Part shown: positions 1-13,362 of the stretch, piece by piece
Layout: each line of letters opens with the position of its first letter
How positions within the stretch are numbered: position 1 is the stretch's first letter
Source: Lophium mytilinum
Lineage: Eukaryota
Assembly: GCA_010093605.1 (NCBI GenBank)
Contig: MU004184.1
Location: 1,622,801 to 1,686,800, forward strand
DNA: 64,000 bases
Direction: 5' to 3'
Position numbers and translations under genes: made by a program
The notes under the pieces: generated by a model
What the model saw: the letters and a program-made list of their open reading frames with translations, nothing else
Databases searched by the model: none
Told to the model about the DNA's origin: nothing

Positions 1-581
1 GCTGCGTTGGAAAGGGGTGTGGTGACGAGCCTATGGAAAGTCTGCCCAGGGTTTGAGAATGAGTCTATGAGGAACGAGCTATGAAAATTCGGTATAGAAA
101 TCTTCGGAGTTGCAGAAAAGATGGGGTGGAGAACACTGCGGCTTTTGACAAGCCTGGGACGAGGCTGAAACCAACGCCGCAGATGCTGCTGTCCGAAGTA
201 GTCCAGCCAGTTTACAGACTGTTCAAAAAGATCAGTTCGTGACTTGTCAAGGCATATCGGAATTCTCGGGCAGCGATGAACCAGAATGCACAGACCTGGC
301 ATCAGCTGTAAAGACTGCCCTTGAAAAGAACCCAAGTTATCAAAATTCAGGTAGTGCACAAAAAGCCGACCCAGAGAAGTGCCAACAGTCAAAGAAAGGA
401 ATGAAGGGATTCCAAGATCAACGTGTTCCAGAATGAGACTTTTCAATAATCTCACGGACTGCACAAAACTGTTCAAATACCTCTCCTCCCCTCCTCTCTA
501 CCCCCTTTGTAACACGGACATCAATATCAATATCAACAGCAACCTCAATCTCAACATCAACATCATCCCTCTTTCCAACCC

Positions 582-2310
582 CTATACCATCTCATAACCC
601 CCCAACTTCTCCGGCTTCTCCACACTCCCCGCCACCAGCGCGATCAACGCCGCACCCACCCCACTCCCATCCTTCGCAATACCAATCCTCACACTCTTCT
701 CCCCCTGCACCCCAATCTCCGGCACCTCCCGCAGCGCCTCACGGATATAGCTCTCGAACTCAGGATAGAACTCAACCAAGCTGCCATCAACACCAATATC
801 AATGACATCGTCTTCCGTCACCTCATCCACCGTTCCGCGCGCAGGCTCCAGATTCTCCTTCGCCTCGGTCGTCTTTGTGCCAGAGGGCTTCGAGGTGCCC
901 AACCGGCCCGTCTCGATCACGATCGCGCCAATAGCGACGGCCGCGAGGCGCGCGGCGCGCTTCCCGACGGCGTTGGCGATGAGCTTGACGGCTTCCGCGT
1001 CTTCGGCCGACACGGCGTTGATGCCGTAGTCCTTATCCAGCGTCTGGCGCGTGATGCGGAGGCCGGCGCTGCTGTCGCCCGCGCAGATGCTCAGGAAGCT
1101 GGTGTCGATGCCCCATTGCTTCCAGATGGGCGACGACTCGGCGATCTGCGTTGTCGAGTGGACGTCGTTGGTGGCCGAGTTGTCGTCGCGGAAGAGGGTC
1201 ACGCTGGGGTCTTTGAGCAGGCCGACGAGGGCGAGGCGGAGGATCTCGCCGAGGAACATGCCCGAGACGCGCTTCTCGAACATCTGGATGCCTGGGTTCA
1301 CCGAGTCTTTGTCTAGGGCCGCGTCGTAGGACGTATTTGGGAGGGTGCGGAGGGAGTTGTCGAAGGAGCCCCATTCAGTGTTTACGATCATTTCGCCGGT
1401 TGACTTGTCGAAGTCGCCTGCGTCTTTGTTGTTCAGGAGTTTGCTGACTTTGGATAGCTTTTCCACATAAGCGCCGTTGGTCCCTGTGCCAAATATGGCG
1501 CCGAGGAGAGTGCCCGTCTTGCCAGGGGAGGTGTATGACCGGGCCATGAGGGTTCCAACGGTATCGTTGACCAAGGCAGCCACTCGGACTGGGAGATGTA
1601 GCTCATCTATTTCAGTCTGTAGCAGGGCGCAGACATCCTTGCCCACCGCGTCCTGGATGTCGAAGCCTTTTGTCCAGCGCATCAAGAGACCCTTGTTGAT
1701 CCCAATCTGGTGCACAGGGAAGCTAAATGTGAATCCCAGATTGAAAATCTCCTCTTGCTTGAAACCCCCCACGTTTGAAATCGTAGCCCTTCGCCGGAGA
1801 GTACCAGCATAGTGGTCCGAGTGGTGTGCCTTTAGAAAACCCTCAATCTGTTTGGCGAGGAAGGAGAAGAGCTCTTTGGATGTCTTGGCCACCATCAGCT
1901 CGCGGGGAATGGCGACTTTGCTCTGGGTGAGGGAAAAGGTAGTGTTGCCGTGCAATTGGATGGAGCAGACGCGGAAATTCGTGCCCCCTAGGTCCACTGC
2001 CATGTATAGACCCTGGTTTTGTTAGCACTGCAAATAGATGCTGTGATTGATATCCAACTACCTTTTCGGTCCCATTGGGCACTGCTGTAACATATGTAGG
2101 AATCTGGCTCATCTCTGTGCCATCTTTCTGCAATCCCTCGTCTAGAAGACACCAATGGAGTCAGTAAAGGTCCAATTGGAGCAATTGAGGGGCACTAAAA
2201 GAGCAATCCTGACCCAGCTCCCGTATGAACTCCTTGACCGCCGCTCGCACCCCCTCAGCGGGGAACTCGAATTCAGCGGCCACCCGCTTCGCCTGCTCTG
2301 CTAGAGCCAT
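582..2310 (-). CDS. GLK1: Hexokinase family sugar kinase, glucokinase-like (3 exons: 2310-2214, 2141-2062, 2012-582)
   Basis: Motifs AVDLGGTNFRV, LGFTFSFP, RWTKGF, VNDTVGTL, IFGTGTNGAY, NTEWGSFD, FEKRVSGMFLGE and DGSGVGAAL. Two GT-AG introns (2213-2142, 2061-2013) join MALAEQAKRVAAEF... in frame to the 473-aa ORF. Confidence 0.93.
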
Positions 2311-3990
2311 ACTTCGTTCGGTATTGGTATAGAAGGTGCCAGAAAACTGCAATTGCTGCTCAACCTTTGCGCAGACAGGTGGACTCGATGGGACGAGGGC
2401 GGGGGTTGCAGGTGACGTCGCACGCGGCGGGGTTGCAGGCCAGACGTGCTTCTCGGGCGAGGCAGCAAAGAAAGATAGGATCTCGTGAGGCAGACGTGGC
2501 GCGAGCAGCTGGATGGCGAGCACAAGTACAAGAAGGGCGGCGCTGAACAGGTGACGGGCAGCGGGAGAATCGCGGGGCCTCACGATGCGGACGGGACGGG
2601 AGCGAGCGGAAGACGAGGCTGAAGAGGAAGGTGTTCGAGATTCAGCACCGGCCAGGCTAGATTCCTGCGAGCAGATCCGCCAGCTGCTCGTGACGTTGGC
2701 GCTCAGGATGAATTCGTTGTGGGCTGCAACTCGAGCCCAATTGCCATGCGCACTGGCGGGGTGGAATAGCGGGGTCGACGATAAATGCCGCCTTTCAAGG
2801 TTTGAGAGCGGTTGGCGGGAGCAGCAGTAAGCACGGGAGCACAGCGTTGGCGCGGGCTAGGCGTCGGGCGTCAATTGAATTGAGAGCAATCAATCTGGCG
2901 TTGAGATAAACACCGTGAGGGAGGGACGTTGCTGATCGTCGTCTTGGAGGCGAGAGTCTGAGCGCGGTGCTGCTAGAAGGAACACAACCGCGAGGCCGGC
3001 GACATTGATATGTGCCCCCTACAAAACCACTATGCTCTCCTGCGACCCCTCCCCGCTTCGTGCTGACCGACCCGGGTGCTACGTCGGCGGCTGAAGCCAT
3101 CCCTGGTTCTGGCCTTTATCTGCCCTCATCCAACCAACTGCCAACATCAGACGAGAAACGGGATATCACGTGCTCAGGCCATCTCTTCACAAGGCATATC
3201 ATAGAGTCACTGAAGTCACTGCAGTCACTGAGCAATTGCCTGTGAAAGTAGAACCGCCACCTTTCATTCTCAACCAACTTATGTATGCTTTGCTAGAACC
3301 TTCCAATGCCACGGCCCAATGGCCGTACTGTTTTGCTTCCCCATCGCCCCTCATGCTTTTGTCTCTGCGACAAGAGAGTATAGATAGTACAAGACACTCG
3401 CTGGCCAGAACCAACACATGCCCAATGCCAGATGCGATGAAGCCTTAGACATGTGCTAGTAGAGAAAGAAGGAAATTGACACGCCCCAACCCCTCTGGTA
3501 AGCCCATGCAACAATTAGCGGGTCCCAGCTTTCTCAACGCGACGTCGCCGCTTAATCTCTGTCCTATGTACGACCTGATTAGACCCAAAGAAAAAAAGAA
3601 AAGCTTTCCTTAGCAAGGAGCGTGTGTGTACGTGCAAGGTATCCTCCGGTCGCCGCCTCTAATTCCCATCATTAAAATCTGCTCAGAGCCCGCCAGCGCT
3701 CCCTGCAGCCTCGTAAAATGTCCTGCCAGCGGCGGCCGGCAGGCAAAAAAAGAGATAAAACGGGCCGATCCCCGTTTACGAGAACCGTCAAGAAGAGAAG
3801 GAGTGGATACAATCGATGCCGTCAACAGCAATGTAGACCGGGCTAGAGACGCCGCCGTGGCCGCGCCCCGTCCCGAGTTTCGCTCCCGTATATGGTTGGT
3901 TTCGTCAATATCGCTCGAATGGAAACGGTGTGCATGCAAACTTCCAAAATACTCCAAGTCGAATGCCGCCAAGCAAAAATTATCCCTCTT

Positions 3991-6687
3991 TTATCGCACA
4001 CCGATCGGAGGACGGGGTCCTAGACTGCTCTGACTGCTGTGCGCAGACGGCTCGGAATCTAGTTGGGCACTCGCGCCGCTATCACCACTCTCCGCGCTAG
4101 CGCTCGCACTTCCAGTCAGACTGCGCACTTGGGGACCGACTTTGGGCGGGTAAAGGGTGCTCACCCCTGCTTGTTGCTCGACTTGTTGAGGAGCCACTGC
4201 ATTGCCATGTCCCGGAGGATGTCGCGGCAACGGCTGCCTCATGTTTGGCGGTGATGGCCGCCCATTTCCGTTCGGCATTCCGTTTGGCATCCCGTTGGGA
4301 TACGTGGGATACCCGTTGGGAGGCGACGGCCGCCCTCCCGGTCGGGGGCCAGGGCCAGGGCTGAGAGGGTTGCCTGGCGATTGACTTATGCGCCGGTTCA
4401 TCGGAGGGTACGCGCCGTAGCTACCATTTCCTTGCAACTCGTCCAAGCGAGCTGCCGTTAGTGAGTTCGTCCTTGATTCTCGGCCCATCGCCTCTCTATC
4501 AACTGTGCCATATCGGTTGGAAGAATATCCCATCATAGCGTTGTTCATTATAGAGTCATGAAGGCCCGGAACGTCTGCCATCATCCTAGCGCTGGTGCGG
4601 TTCTTGTTCATGCCAGCCCGACCAAATGGATTTCCTCTCCGAGGGGGAGGGCCACGGCCTTCGAATCCAGCCGAGTCAGGGTTTTTCCGAATTTGGCTGG
4701 CGCTGGGCACTTTCCGGTTCCTGCGAGAAGTGACACTCATCATGTCGAAGTTGTCCGTGTCAATGATAGGGCCAGCACGACCAGCCATAGGGTCAAAGAA
4801 ATCGTCTTCGTCCTCGTCTTCATCGAACCCGCCCATGTGCGATGCTGGAGGTCCTGGTCCTGGTCTCCGAGGTCCCCTTCGCATGTTGTATTCTTGTTCC
4901 CTCATTTGTAGCTCTCTTTGGCGTAACATGAGTTCCCTTTCGCGGAGTGCAAGATCGCTCGACGAAGAGGCCATGTTGTTGTTGTCATACATGCCGTTTG
5001 GCTCCCCTCCAGGCGCGTCGGCTACGTTGTCATACAGCATAAGATGGCTGAACTCTTCTAAATCCCCACCTTCGAATGAGGGCCGGCGCTGCATTTGTGG
5101 ATTTGGCGGACCGTATCCATTGCCGTTCAGTCTTGGAGGGTACCCATTCATAGGGGGAGGGCCCCGACGAGCCATGTTTGGCGGAGGCCCAGTCATTGAA
5201 GGCGCACGACTGCCGCCTGGTCGAGGACCGCCATTCTTCATGCCATTCATACCGTTCATTCCATTCGCTCCAGGAGGTCCTCGTGGTAGCGGTGCCGACG
5301 ACATCCTGGGAGGAGGGGCTTGAGAAGGAGGTCCAGGGGGACCAGGAGTCGGGGATACTGATGACCCCACGGGTCGGGTTCGGTTCACCATGTTGACATG
5401 GTGTATCATGGCGTATAATGTCTCGATACGGGGGACCGAGACGTTATACTCCTTGGCAAGCTTCAACGGAGCTCCGAGAAACGATTCAATCTCCATAGGG
5501 CGCCTGCCCTCAAAATCCTGGTACATGATGGTGTTGCTGTCCGCCGGCCGAATCATGGCCTCGATTGTCTTCTCCTTGAAGTCGGCAGGGAAGCTGCATT
5601 CCAAGGCCGTAGCCAGTGCCAATAGCTCGTCGATGACGCCAATGACCATAGCCCTTCCGCCAACCTTTTCTAGGATTTCTGCATGGTTGGGAGTTTCGAA
5701 CAAAACACTGGCCGGGTGGAAAGCGACCGGACTGGCAACTAAATTAGCATGAGTACGTAATCTATGAAGAGTAATAACTTACCCAACCATCCGCTCAAAT
5801 TGCTGCTGTCGAATGTTTGGTGACACCATGCAGTCGACTTGGCCTGAACTTAGAGTCATGGCAAGTGCTTCCGCCATGTCGGATTGTATCGATACTGGTA
5901 TCGACGGATTCTTGTTGGCAGGCCCAACCCAGATTTCCGTGGCACCCTTATGCTCGAACTCGCTAGCACCTATCTGTGAGACCTCCGCTCCCGACACCAG
6001 GGACAGCACCACGTTGGTGGGATATCGCTGCTCCAAATATGATTCCACGCCAAGATTGGCGGTCGTGTTCATGAGAATGCAGGTATGCTGGGGCGCGACG
6101 ACAGATTCGATGATGTTCGCAATGTCGTAGACGTCGGGGAGGGCCTTGATGCAGAGGAGGACGTAGTCGAAGGGAGCCTTGGAAAGTTGAGCGGCATCTT
6201 CGGGTGTTTTGACGACTATCACGGAAATATGTTAGTGAAGGAGCTTTAGATGCTGCACCGGGGGCGCCATACCTGCGTGTGGTTTGAACCGCTCATTACC
6301 AAACATTGCAGACCTGCACAAGAACTTGGGTCAGCATGCTTCTCCGAAAATTGTCTCAGACAGGTAGTACTGACTTGAATGTTATCCCGTATTGAGCCAC
6401 GCTCTCGTAACCGCTCTTCCAGACGAGGGTGACATCGCAGGCATTTGTTGCTTGGAGCCGCCATGACAAGAAGGCAGAGACCGAGTTGCCGCCAACTATG
6501 GCAATTGTTAGCTGGGAAGAGGCAGAATCGGCCATGAGGAAGTGTGAAGGAGACAAGAGCTGTGGCTGGCCCGATAACGCGTGTGTGGCGCTGGGAGGAC
6601 CAGTGGAGCGATTGGGAGAGAGAAAGAGGGCACGAGGACAGGCAACGCACCTGAAAGAATCCGGAGTCGAGGGGGTGCGGGAGCCAT
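3991..6687 (-). CDS. Svl3/Pam1-like protein: ketopantoate reductase (ApbA/PanE)-like N-terminal domain plus long Pro/Gly-rich tail, multi-exon
   Basis: Spliced N-terminus MAPAPPRLRILSVGGNSVSAFLSWRLQATNACDVTLVWKS; FDYVLLCIKALPDVYD; MYQDFEGRRPMEIESFLGAPLKLA (ApbA_C-like). ORFs 6356-6799, 5779-6222 and 3991-5703 are linked by GT-AG introns. Confidence 0.85.
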
Positions 6688-9600
6688 AGCTAATGTGGTA
6701 GCTCCCAGCGGTGAGAAAGGGTTCGGGCGTTAGAGGTTTGGACGAAGCCAAAAGTTGGCGTGCAGGCGGGCGCTGCCAGATCGAGGGTGACGGGGGCACG
6801 ATTGGAGCAGACGTAATTATTGATTAAGATAAAGGCTGAGAACGAGCGTGCGGCGGGCGTCGAGGCTCAGGCTGGCGCCGACATGTATTCGGGCGATAAA
6901 AGAGAGGCGGTTCGGTGCTGGCGGTTGGCAGACAGCTGGTCAACGGTCGCGAGAGAGGCCGGCTTTGGAGGCGGAAACTGCCACTGCCTGCTTAGGCGCG
7001 ACGAGTGGACGGGCCGGGGGGCGGAAGGCGCAAGTACACGAATACAGCCGACGCGACCGACGCAGGATTGCAGATTGCACCGCAAAGGGGGAAAGCGGCG
7101 ACAAGAAAGCGAGTGGCTGCCGCGGCGTCGAGACGGAGGGAGGAGGCAAAGGTTAGGTCGCGGGTGGAGGAATTAAGGGCTGGAGGTGGAGAGGAGGCGG
7201 AGAGAGGGAGGTCGGGCGAAAAGCGCAGCAGAATTGCTATCTCTATGTAAAAGCTTGATCGACGCGGGCCTGTTCACTGCACAGAAGTAGGCTGCTAGCA
7301 CGTCCATCCACCTCGCTAGCCACGGCACGGCCGCGAGCATTTGACGGCATATCATATCATATCATAGGAATATCAGATCATGGTCTTCGCCGCTGCTCGC
7401 ATAGCGATTTACGCCGCCCGTGCCTTCTGCATACCAACGTCTCTCTGCTTGGTGTTTGTCTCGACACTTCGCCTTCACCACGGTGTCTCGCGCTATGGCC
7501 GTGGGAGCAGCTCGACTGAGGCCTATCTCCAGCCCGGCCCTGGTAAGATTACCGTACGGATACAGCTTTGAGCAGGGCCACCGCTCCAGCGACATCCGGG
7601 CTGCCGCCGAACCCTGCTTCTTGCGTGGCCACTGGGCCGGCCTATTGAGCGTCTGCTCTGTCTGGATGGGTATCGCCCGCGCACACGCTGCCCGATGCAC
7701 TGCAAGCGCTGCACTCGTCAGGAGATGTCTGGAGCTGCCTCCGAGGACCGTAGAAACGACGGCCGCCGCGACGACAACCCCACCGGCACGGCACACGGCG
7801 TCGACGCGTGGGTTGCGGCGCGACTGAGAGTTCGGACAGTTCGTACGCTGCGTGCACTTCTTCCCGGGAGGCCACAGTGAATTGGCACAGAGCTGCCGGG
7901 CGCGTTCTCGAGGTGCAGGTTCCACCCTCTCGTCCCATCATCCATCGCCAAGCTCCATAGCTACGACGGCTGTCATTTGCTGGCTGGGACAAGCTCCACG
8001 CCCACTCATCATCAACGCCGGGCCCGAGCACATCGAATATCAACATCCCAGTGCCAGCCATGGTACCTGTGCGAGCGTAGGTGCTACCGGCCTCCGCCCT
8101 GGAGACGCCGCCTGGGCAACGGTCCTTGGACGGGACTGCTCACGGTGCTGCTTGTGGGATAGTCCTCACGGCTTTTGGCCTGGAGAGGCTACGCTCGCAA
8201 TATTTTACAACGTTAAACGGCGCCCACAACACGCGCCTGTCTGACGCTGACGTACCCGCGCCGCTGGATGGACTGCCCTGTGGGGCCCACAGCCTGCCCC
8301 TTTTCATCTCATCAAAGGCCAACCCACACCACCAGAGCCACCGTCCGCGTTGCTCCGCCGATGACGAGGGATGCCCCCAGGGACGGACTGCAGAGTCGCG
8401 TGTGCGCAGCCTGCACCGCTTTCTGGAGGATCCGCGAGGCGCACTGCAGGACGCGGCGAGGGCGAGGCGGAAGAAGCCAGGACGTCTGTAAGAATAGACG
8501 GCCGTTCAGCGCCACGTCTCTGGCGAGCCCGTCTTTGGCAGAGTCGATCGACATTCGGGCCCAGGGCTGGCGCGGATCCGAACCCTGGCCCGTGGAGCCC
8601 GTGGAATTTGCTATGGGTCTGGTGTGCTGGGGGCCTCGAAATCTCTGTTCGGCCCCAGAAGTTGCGCCAAGCCCGATATCAAGCCTGTATGTCGCCATCA
8701 CCCTTCAGGATGCGAACATGCAGGCAGAGTCGCTGCTTTCTTGCCTCCGACAGCCTGTTGCTTCTGCGGGTCGACGCCACTCCGGAAGCTACCCGTACAC
8801 CACTGTTTCAAGACGGACGTCTCACAGTCATTAACGAATCCTTCACAGTTGGGACAGCGTGCAGGGCCGATTGGGAGCATCGCACACAGTTCGAACCTGG
8901 CGAGTCAAAATAAAGACGCGGTGGCAACACGACTGCTACCCGAGCCGCTAGCTCCATCGTCGGACAGGTTTTGGCACTGATAGACGACGCTCGAGCTCCA
9001 CCGCCGCTGTGGGAGCCTGCGAGGCGACGACCCACGCGACAATTGCCGGCGAGCATCCTTGGAATGCTCGTCGCGTGGAAACGCGCTCGCTGTGTGCTGT
9101 GGTGCTGCCGTGCTCCATTCTTGCTGACGAGTCCATTCTGTGCTCCAGCACACCAGCGAGCGACGACTATCTCTGCATCTCAGCGAGGCTGTGCACGTCA
9201 ATCGCCATTCTATCTGCGCAAATCCATACTAGAATTCCCTCAATCAATATTTCGGAGTCCGCCATCGCTGATATCCCTTCCTCCCTTTCTTCCATCGATA
9301 GCCGGCCACCAACCCAAAGCATCACGAAGCTAGCCCAACTCGCGTATCTAACTTCACCAAAAGCCATTTAGCCTCACAACTCCCATGCACATCTGGCACC
9401 ACCCACACCGCTTGACAATCCTGGGGATGCGGCGCCTGGCCACGTCGCCCACGTCCTGTCGATCATGAACATGCCCGTTGGACGAAGCTCCACGAGAGGC
9501 TCACGGGCTCCCGTGGCGTGCAGCCCACCTTTCCCCTTTCTGACCTGGGACCCCAATTTGGCATCCCCATTTGACGCCTGACAGCTCTGACAGCGGTCTG

Positions 9601-11747
9601 GAGGTCGATCGAAGCTCCTTACTCGCTGGTTCCTGACGCTCCTCCACCCCGTCTCCCCCAAACCGGCGCCTCAGTCCTCTTCCAGAAAACCCTCCAAAGA
9701 AGGGCGCCACCGCCCCGTGCCGCCGCCTCTGCGTTGGCGCGCACGGGGTCCAACACGCCCCGTTTCACGGCATTCGAGTTCGTGGCGGCAACCAGCGACA
9801 AGACGGAGCCTCTGAGAAAATCGCATGTTTCTTTGTTGTCAGTGGCTACATATGCCAATTTCCTCTTGCCGCCTCACAGCAACCATCATCCTATGCTTTC
9901 CGCTGCTTTCGCGGAAATTTGTCCCAAAAGCGTAACAATACGAGTCCTCCAGTGAAAGGGAGAAAGCATGCCAAACCCAGCACACTCTCAAACAAGCAGG
10001 TCTACACCCCGCTGCTGATGATACACAGCCCTACCAGACCCTATTGCAAGCTACTGGATGCACATTCCACATTGCCATGCTACCTAGTCTGGTCCATGTG
10101 CCATCCCCTTCCGCATCGTCCGTATCGCAGTTGCGGATCAATTGCATTCGGGTAAAATACGAATGCTAAATCCCCGGGACCAGCCTAGCACGAACATCAC
10201 CCGCCCATCCACTAGTTTACCATTCGCCAACTCACCAGTGTCGTTATTCGCCCCAATTCCAGCACATCCTCCTCGCTTGTGAACTCCCCAGTCTCACTAT
10301 TTGCCTCCCCCAAACTCCAACACTCAACCATTGCGCTCGCTTAGAGATCTCCGCTCAGAGTGGCGCACTAGAACTCAAACCCCTCTGCAGTCGCCTCCCC
10401 CATCATTCGGCAAGCCAGAATGCGTGAATCTGCAATGCAGTATGGTCTATCATTTTCTATTTTTACATATTGTCCTAAGTTCCAAATCCTATCCTGCACA
10501 TTTCTCCGACTACATCCTATCACCCCAAGCGAAATTTGCCTCTCTACCCTTGCACACAGTAGGGCAAGCACCAAGCACCCAGCTAGCACTTGCTGACAAG
10601 CCTCATCGGGTCTGGAGTCGGAGACATTCTCAGACATCCCAATCCACAATAAATAGTGGTCCCGCTAAACGTGTCAAGCATTGTGCCAAGTTTCCTATCG
10701 CTGCTTTTTTGAGGCCACCACGACTCGTGCTGGGGGCGATCCTATCGCCGCAGCGCACCATCCACATCCGAACCCATGTCCGGCCATGAGGAATGCAGAA
10801 ACAGGGCAGCGGTGATTGCGGAGAGCAAATACGGTAGGGCGTGTACATATACGGATGTGACCGGCTCACTCTGCCTACATGCATTGCTAATGCTGTCGTC
10901 TCCGTCTCCGTCTCCGTCTTGGTTGAACTCCTAAGCTTCCCTCCCAACGTCCTCCCAAATACGTATAACTAAAATAAGGGGGCTGCCCATGAAAGCTGTA
11001 TGCATAACGAATCCAACCAAATGTCACAAATTTCAAAGTCTCAAATATTCGCAATTTCCGTACCAAAATTTCGGGATCGACGTTCTCTTCGTTGTACTGT
11101 ACAACGAAATCGTAACATTACACTTGGTTATATCAATCAAAGGTTATACTGTTTTTGCCGCCGATAATACAGGCTCGTACAGAGCTTCGGAATACAGTAG
11201 ACTCGCCCAACCTCTATCTCTTACCAACAAGGGTACTGTTTCTCTAAGAGACCTGCGTCAATTGCAAAATGACTTTGGTAGTCCAATTCAATCTTACAAT
11301 TAATTATTATGTGGTCTACTCCCCTATTTCCGCTACCTGCTCCTACCTTTGCCTAGCCAAGCTGGGTATGTCACCCTCTGCATATCCATCTTCCTCAGCG
11401 CCAACGCAAAAACAAATGCGCACGTGCAGCGCTCTTAGTCTTCAATTTTTGTCCCCCATGTGGTTGCGACCTTCAGCAACTGCGCATAATTATGTTATTT
11501 CCCTCCTTTTCCGCGACGTGTCTTTGCAGCTATATCATTCATAGCTTCCTTCCAACCTTCTACGCTTAGTCATCGTAGATATCGTCCTCAGCTTATTCCC
11601 TCCCCCAGCCCTCGTCCTCAGTTGCTCATAAACTTCCAACTTGTCGCTCTTAAACTCCCCCTCTTCCTACGCAAAGAATGACATTACAATACCACATAAT
11701 CGTAAACTGCCTTGCACTACCCCGCGCCGGGAGTCCCGCACCATGGA

Positions 11748-11829
11748 TCTAGTACAATGTGGGGGATGATCGTAGGGAGAAGCATAGTTGGGCTGGCGGT
11801 GAGCAGTGCGAGCTTTGTAGTGCCGTTAT
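11748..11829 (+). pseudogene. Fragment of an MFS sugar/myo-inositol transporter gene
   Basis: Translates as SSTMWGMIVGRSIVGLAVSSASFVVPLY, matching the sugar-porter TM4 signature GR-x-x-x-G-x-x-x-G-x6-P-x-Y. No other recognisable exons nearby, and the frame runs straight into a minisatellite. Confidence 0.6.
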
Positions 11830-11832
11830 ATG

Positions 11833-12145
11833 TTCCTATATTCACTCTTATTACTCCTATTACTCCCATTACTCCTATTACTCCCATTCCTCCTCTTACT
11901 CTTATTACTCCTATTACTTCTATTACTCCCATTACTCCCATTACTCCTATTTCTTATACTTCTTACACTTCTTACACTTCTCACACTTTTTACACTTCTT
12001 ATACTTCTTACACTTCTTATACTTCTTACACTTTTTACACTTCTTACACTTCTTACACTTCTTATACTTCTTATACTTCTTATACTTCTTACACTTCTTA
12101 TACTTCTTATACTTCTCACACTTCTTACACTTCTTACACTTCTCA
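11833..12145. repeat. 9-bp minisatellite with two sub-arrays (TTACTCCYA then TTAYACTTC); no G on the + strand
   Basis: Read directly: about 313 bp with no G. It explains the spurious ITP/YTS, poly-Leu and RSI/RSV ORFs in several frames. Confidence 0.95.
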
Positions 12146-13362
12146 GTGAAACTGTCGTAGCTTAAGGGCAGCCGTGTGCTTACACCACTACTCTAAGAGC
12201 TGGGGACTAGTAAGGGAATCGGGTATTGGAACTAGGTTCTTATAAAGCACGGTGAAAACGTAGGTGCAGTCCCGTATTGCAAAAGATATCTCTAAGGATG
12301 GATGACGAGTCTAGTCTTGTTAACTGGCTTGGGATAGATTAAGTCCAGGCGGCGAAACGATGGCGAAGCCGAACACGAAGCTGAGCAGGGTAGATACGTA
12401 GCAGGAACGAATTCTTCAGCCGGCTGCGGTATACAAATCGCCGAAGAAGTAAATTAGTGACATTGAGTTTTAGTGTACTACATATTGCAAAGCTCTTTTT
12501 CCTCTTAAGCTCCGTTGGTACGCAGAGCCAGGTTTCTATGTTGGGCTTGATTTGAAAGTAGAAGTGTAATGCGTTTAGGTGAATCCCCACTGCTATAATC
12601 TAACTAGTCTGAAGCCGAATATCAAACAAGTCACGGTCTGATGAATGGTTAAGATGTGATAAAAACTATACAGTCTGGCATGTGATATAATTACCGGTTT
12701 CTTCTAAGAATACTCTCCTCACGTATTGCCTGAGCTTCATTTAAAAATAGCGTTGCTTCGTAGACGGCTATATGCTTGCGATGTTCATTTAATCATGCAA
12801 TCCTGAGGCGCTACTTACATAGGTAATTGAATCAGTAAGAAAGAGAAAGGAGGGGTGTAGGATTAAATAAAAGAAGACGACGCAAATTTTTTAGAGTTGT
12901 GAAGCGTCTTTGGCCTAAGAGAAACGAGTTCATAGACTGGAATAGATAGGCCGTCACAGATCCGCCTACGTTTTCCACCGCCACTTGAAGTGCTTTAAGT
13001 CATTTCAGGCCATGTATGTAGTTCTGCCATAAATACACGAGGCATATCGCTCTACCAATGTCGAGTCCCTGAAAACGTACAGACTTTCCTAAACAGCGAC
13101 AAAAGAGCATACGCAGATTCTCGTCAAGGCTCCGCGGATGATGATTTCTCTCGAACTGATCATGTATGTTGGCTGCAGAGTAACTGGGAGTGAATGGGAC
13201 GGAGGTGCCTTATCGATAGTGGGGTGCCAAGAATTCTAGGATCTTAAAATCGACCGCGCACTATGCCGCCAGAATCGACGTCGACAAAGACAAGAACAAC
13301 CACGTCGCCGCCCTGTCTCCCCTCCTACAGCCCACCAATTTTCCCACGACGCCGCTATCACC

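Larger units (their letters stand above)
10960..13100. mobile_element. Putative RIP-degraded repeat/transposon relic region
   Basis: By eye, a sharp drop in GC and many TpA dinucleotides compared with the flanking genes. No intact ORF. Contains a gene fragment and a minisatellite. No transposase motif or TIR identified, so the boundaries are approximate. Confidence 0.35.

Noticed and set aside
6800..10900. Numerous 60-190 aa ORFs
   Set aside because: They overlap on both strands, are Arg/Ala/Pro-rich and lack domains, as expected by chance in GC-rich noncoding DNA.
11712..12165. ORFs with ITP/YTS, poly-Leu or RSI/RSV repeats
   Set aside because: They are translations of a stop-poor 9-bp minisatellite in several frames, not proteins.
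10960..12190. Possible Fot1/pogo TIRs (GGCTGCCC near 10981 and GGGCAGCC near 12166)
   Set aside because: The inverted match is only about 8 bp, with no convincing TA target duplication and no transposase.
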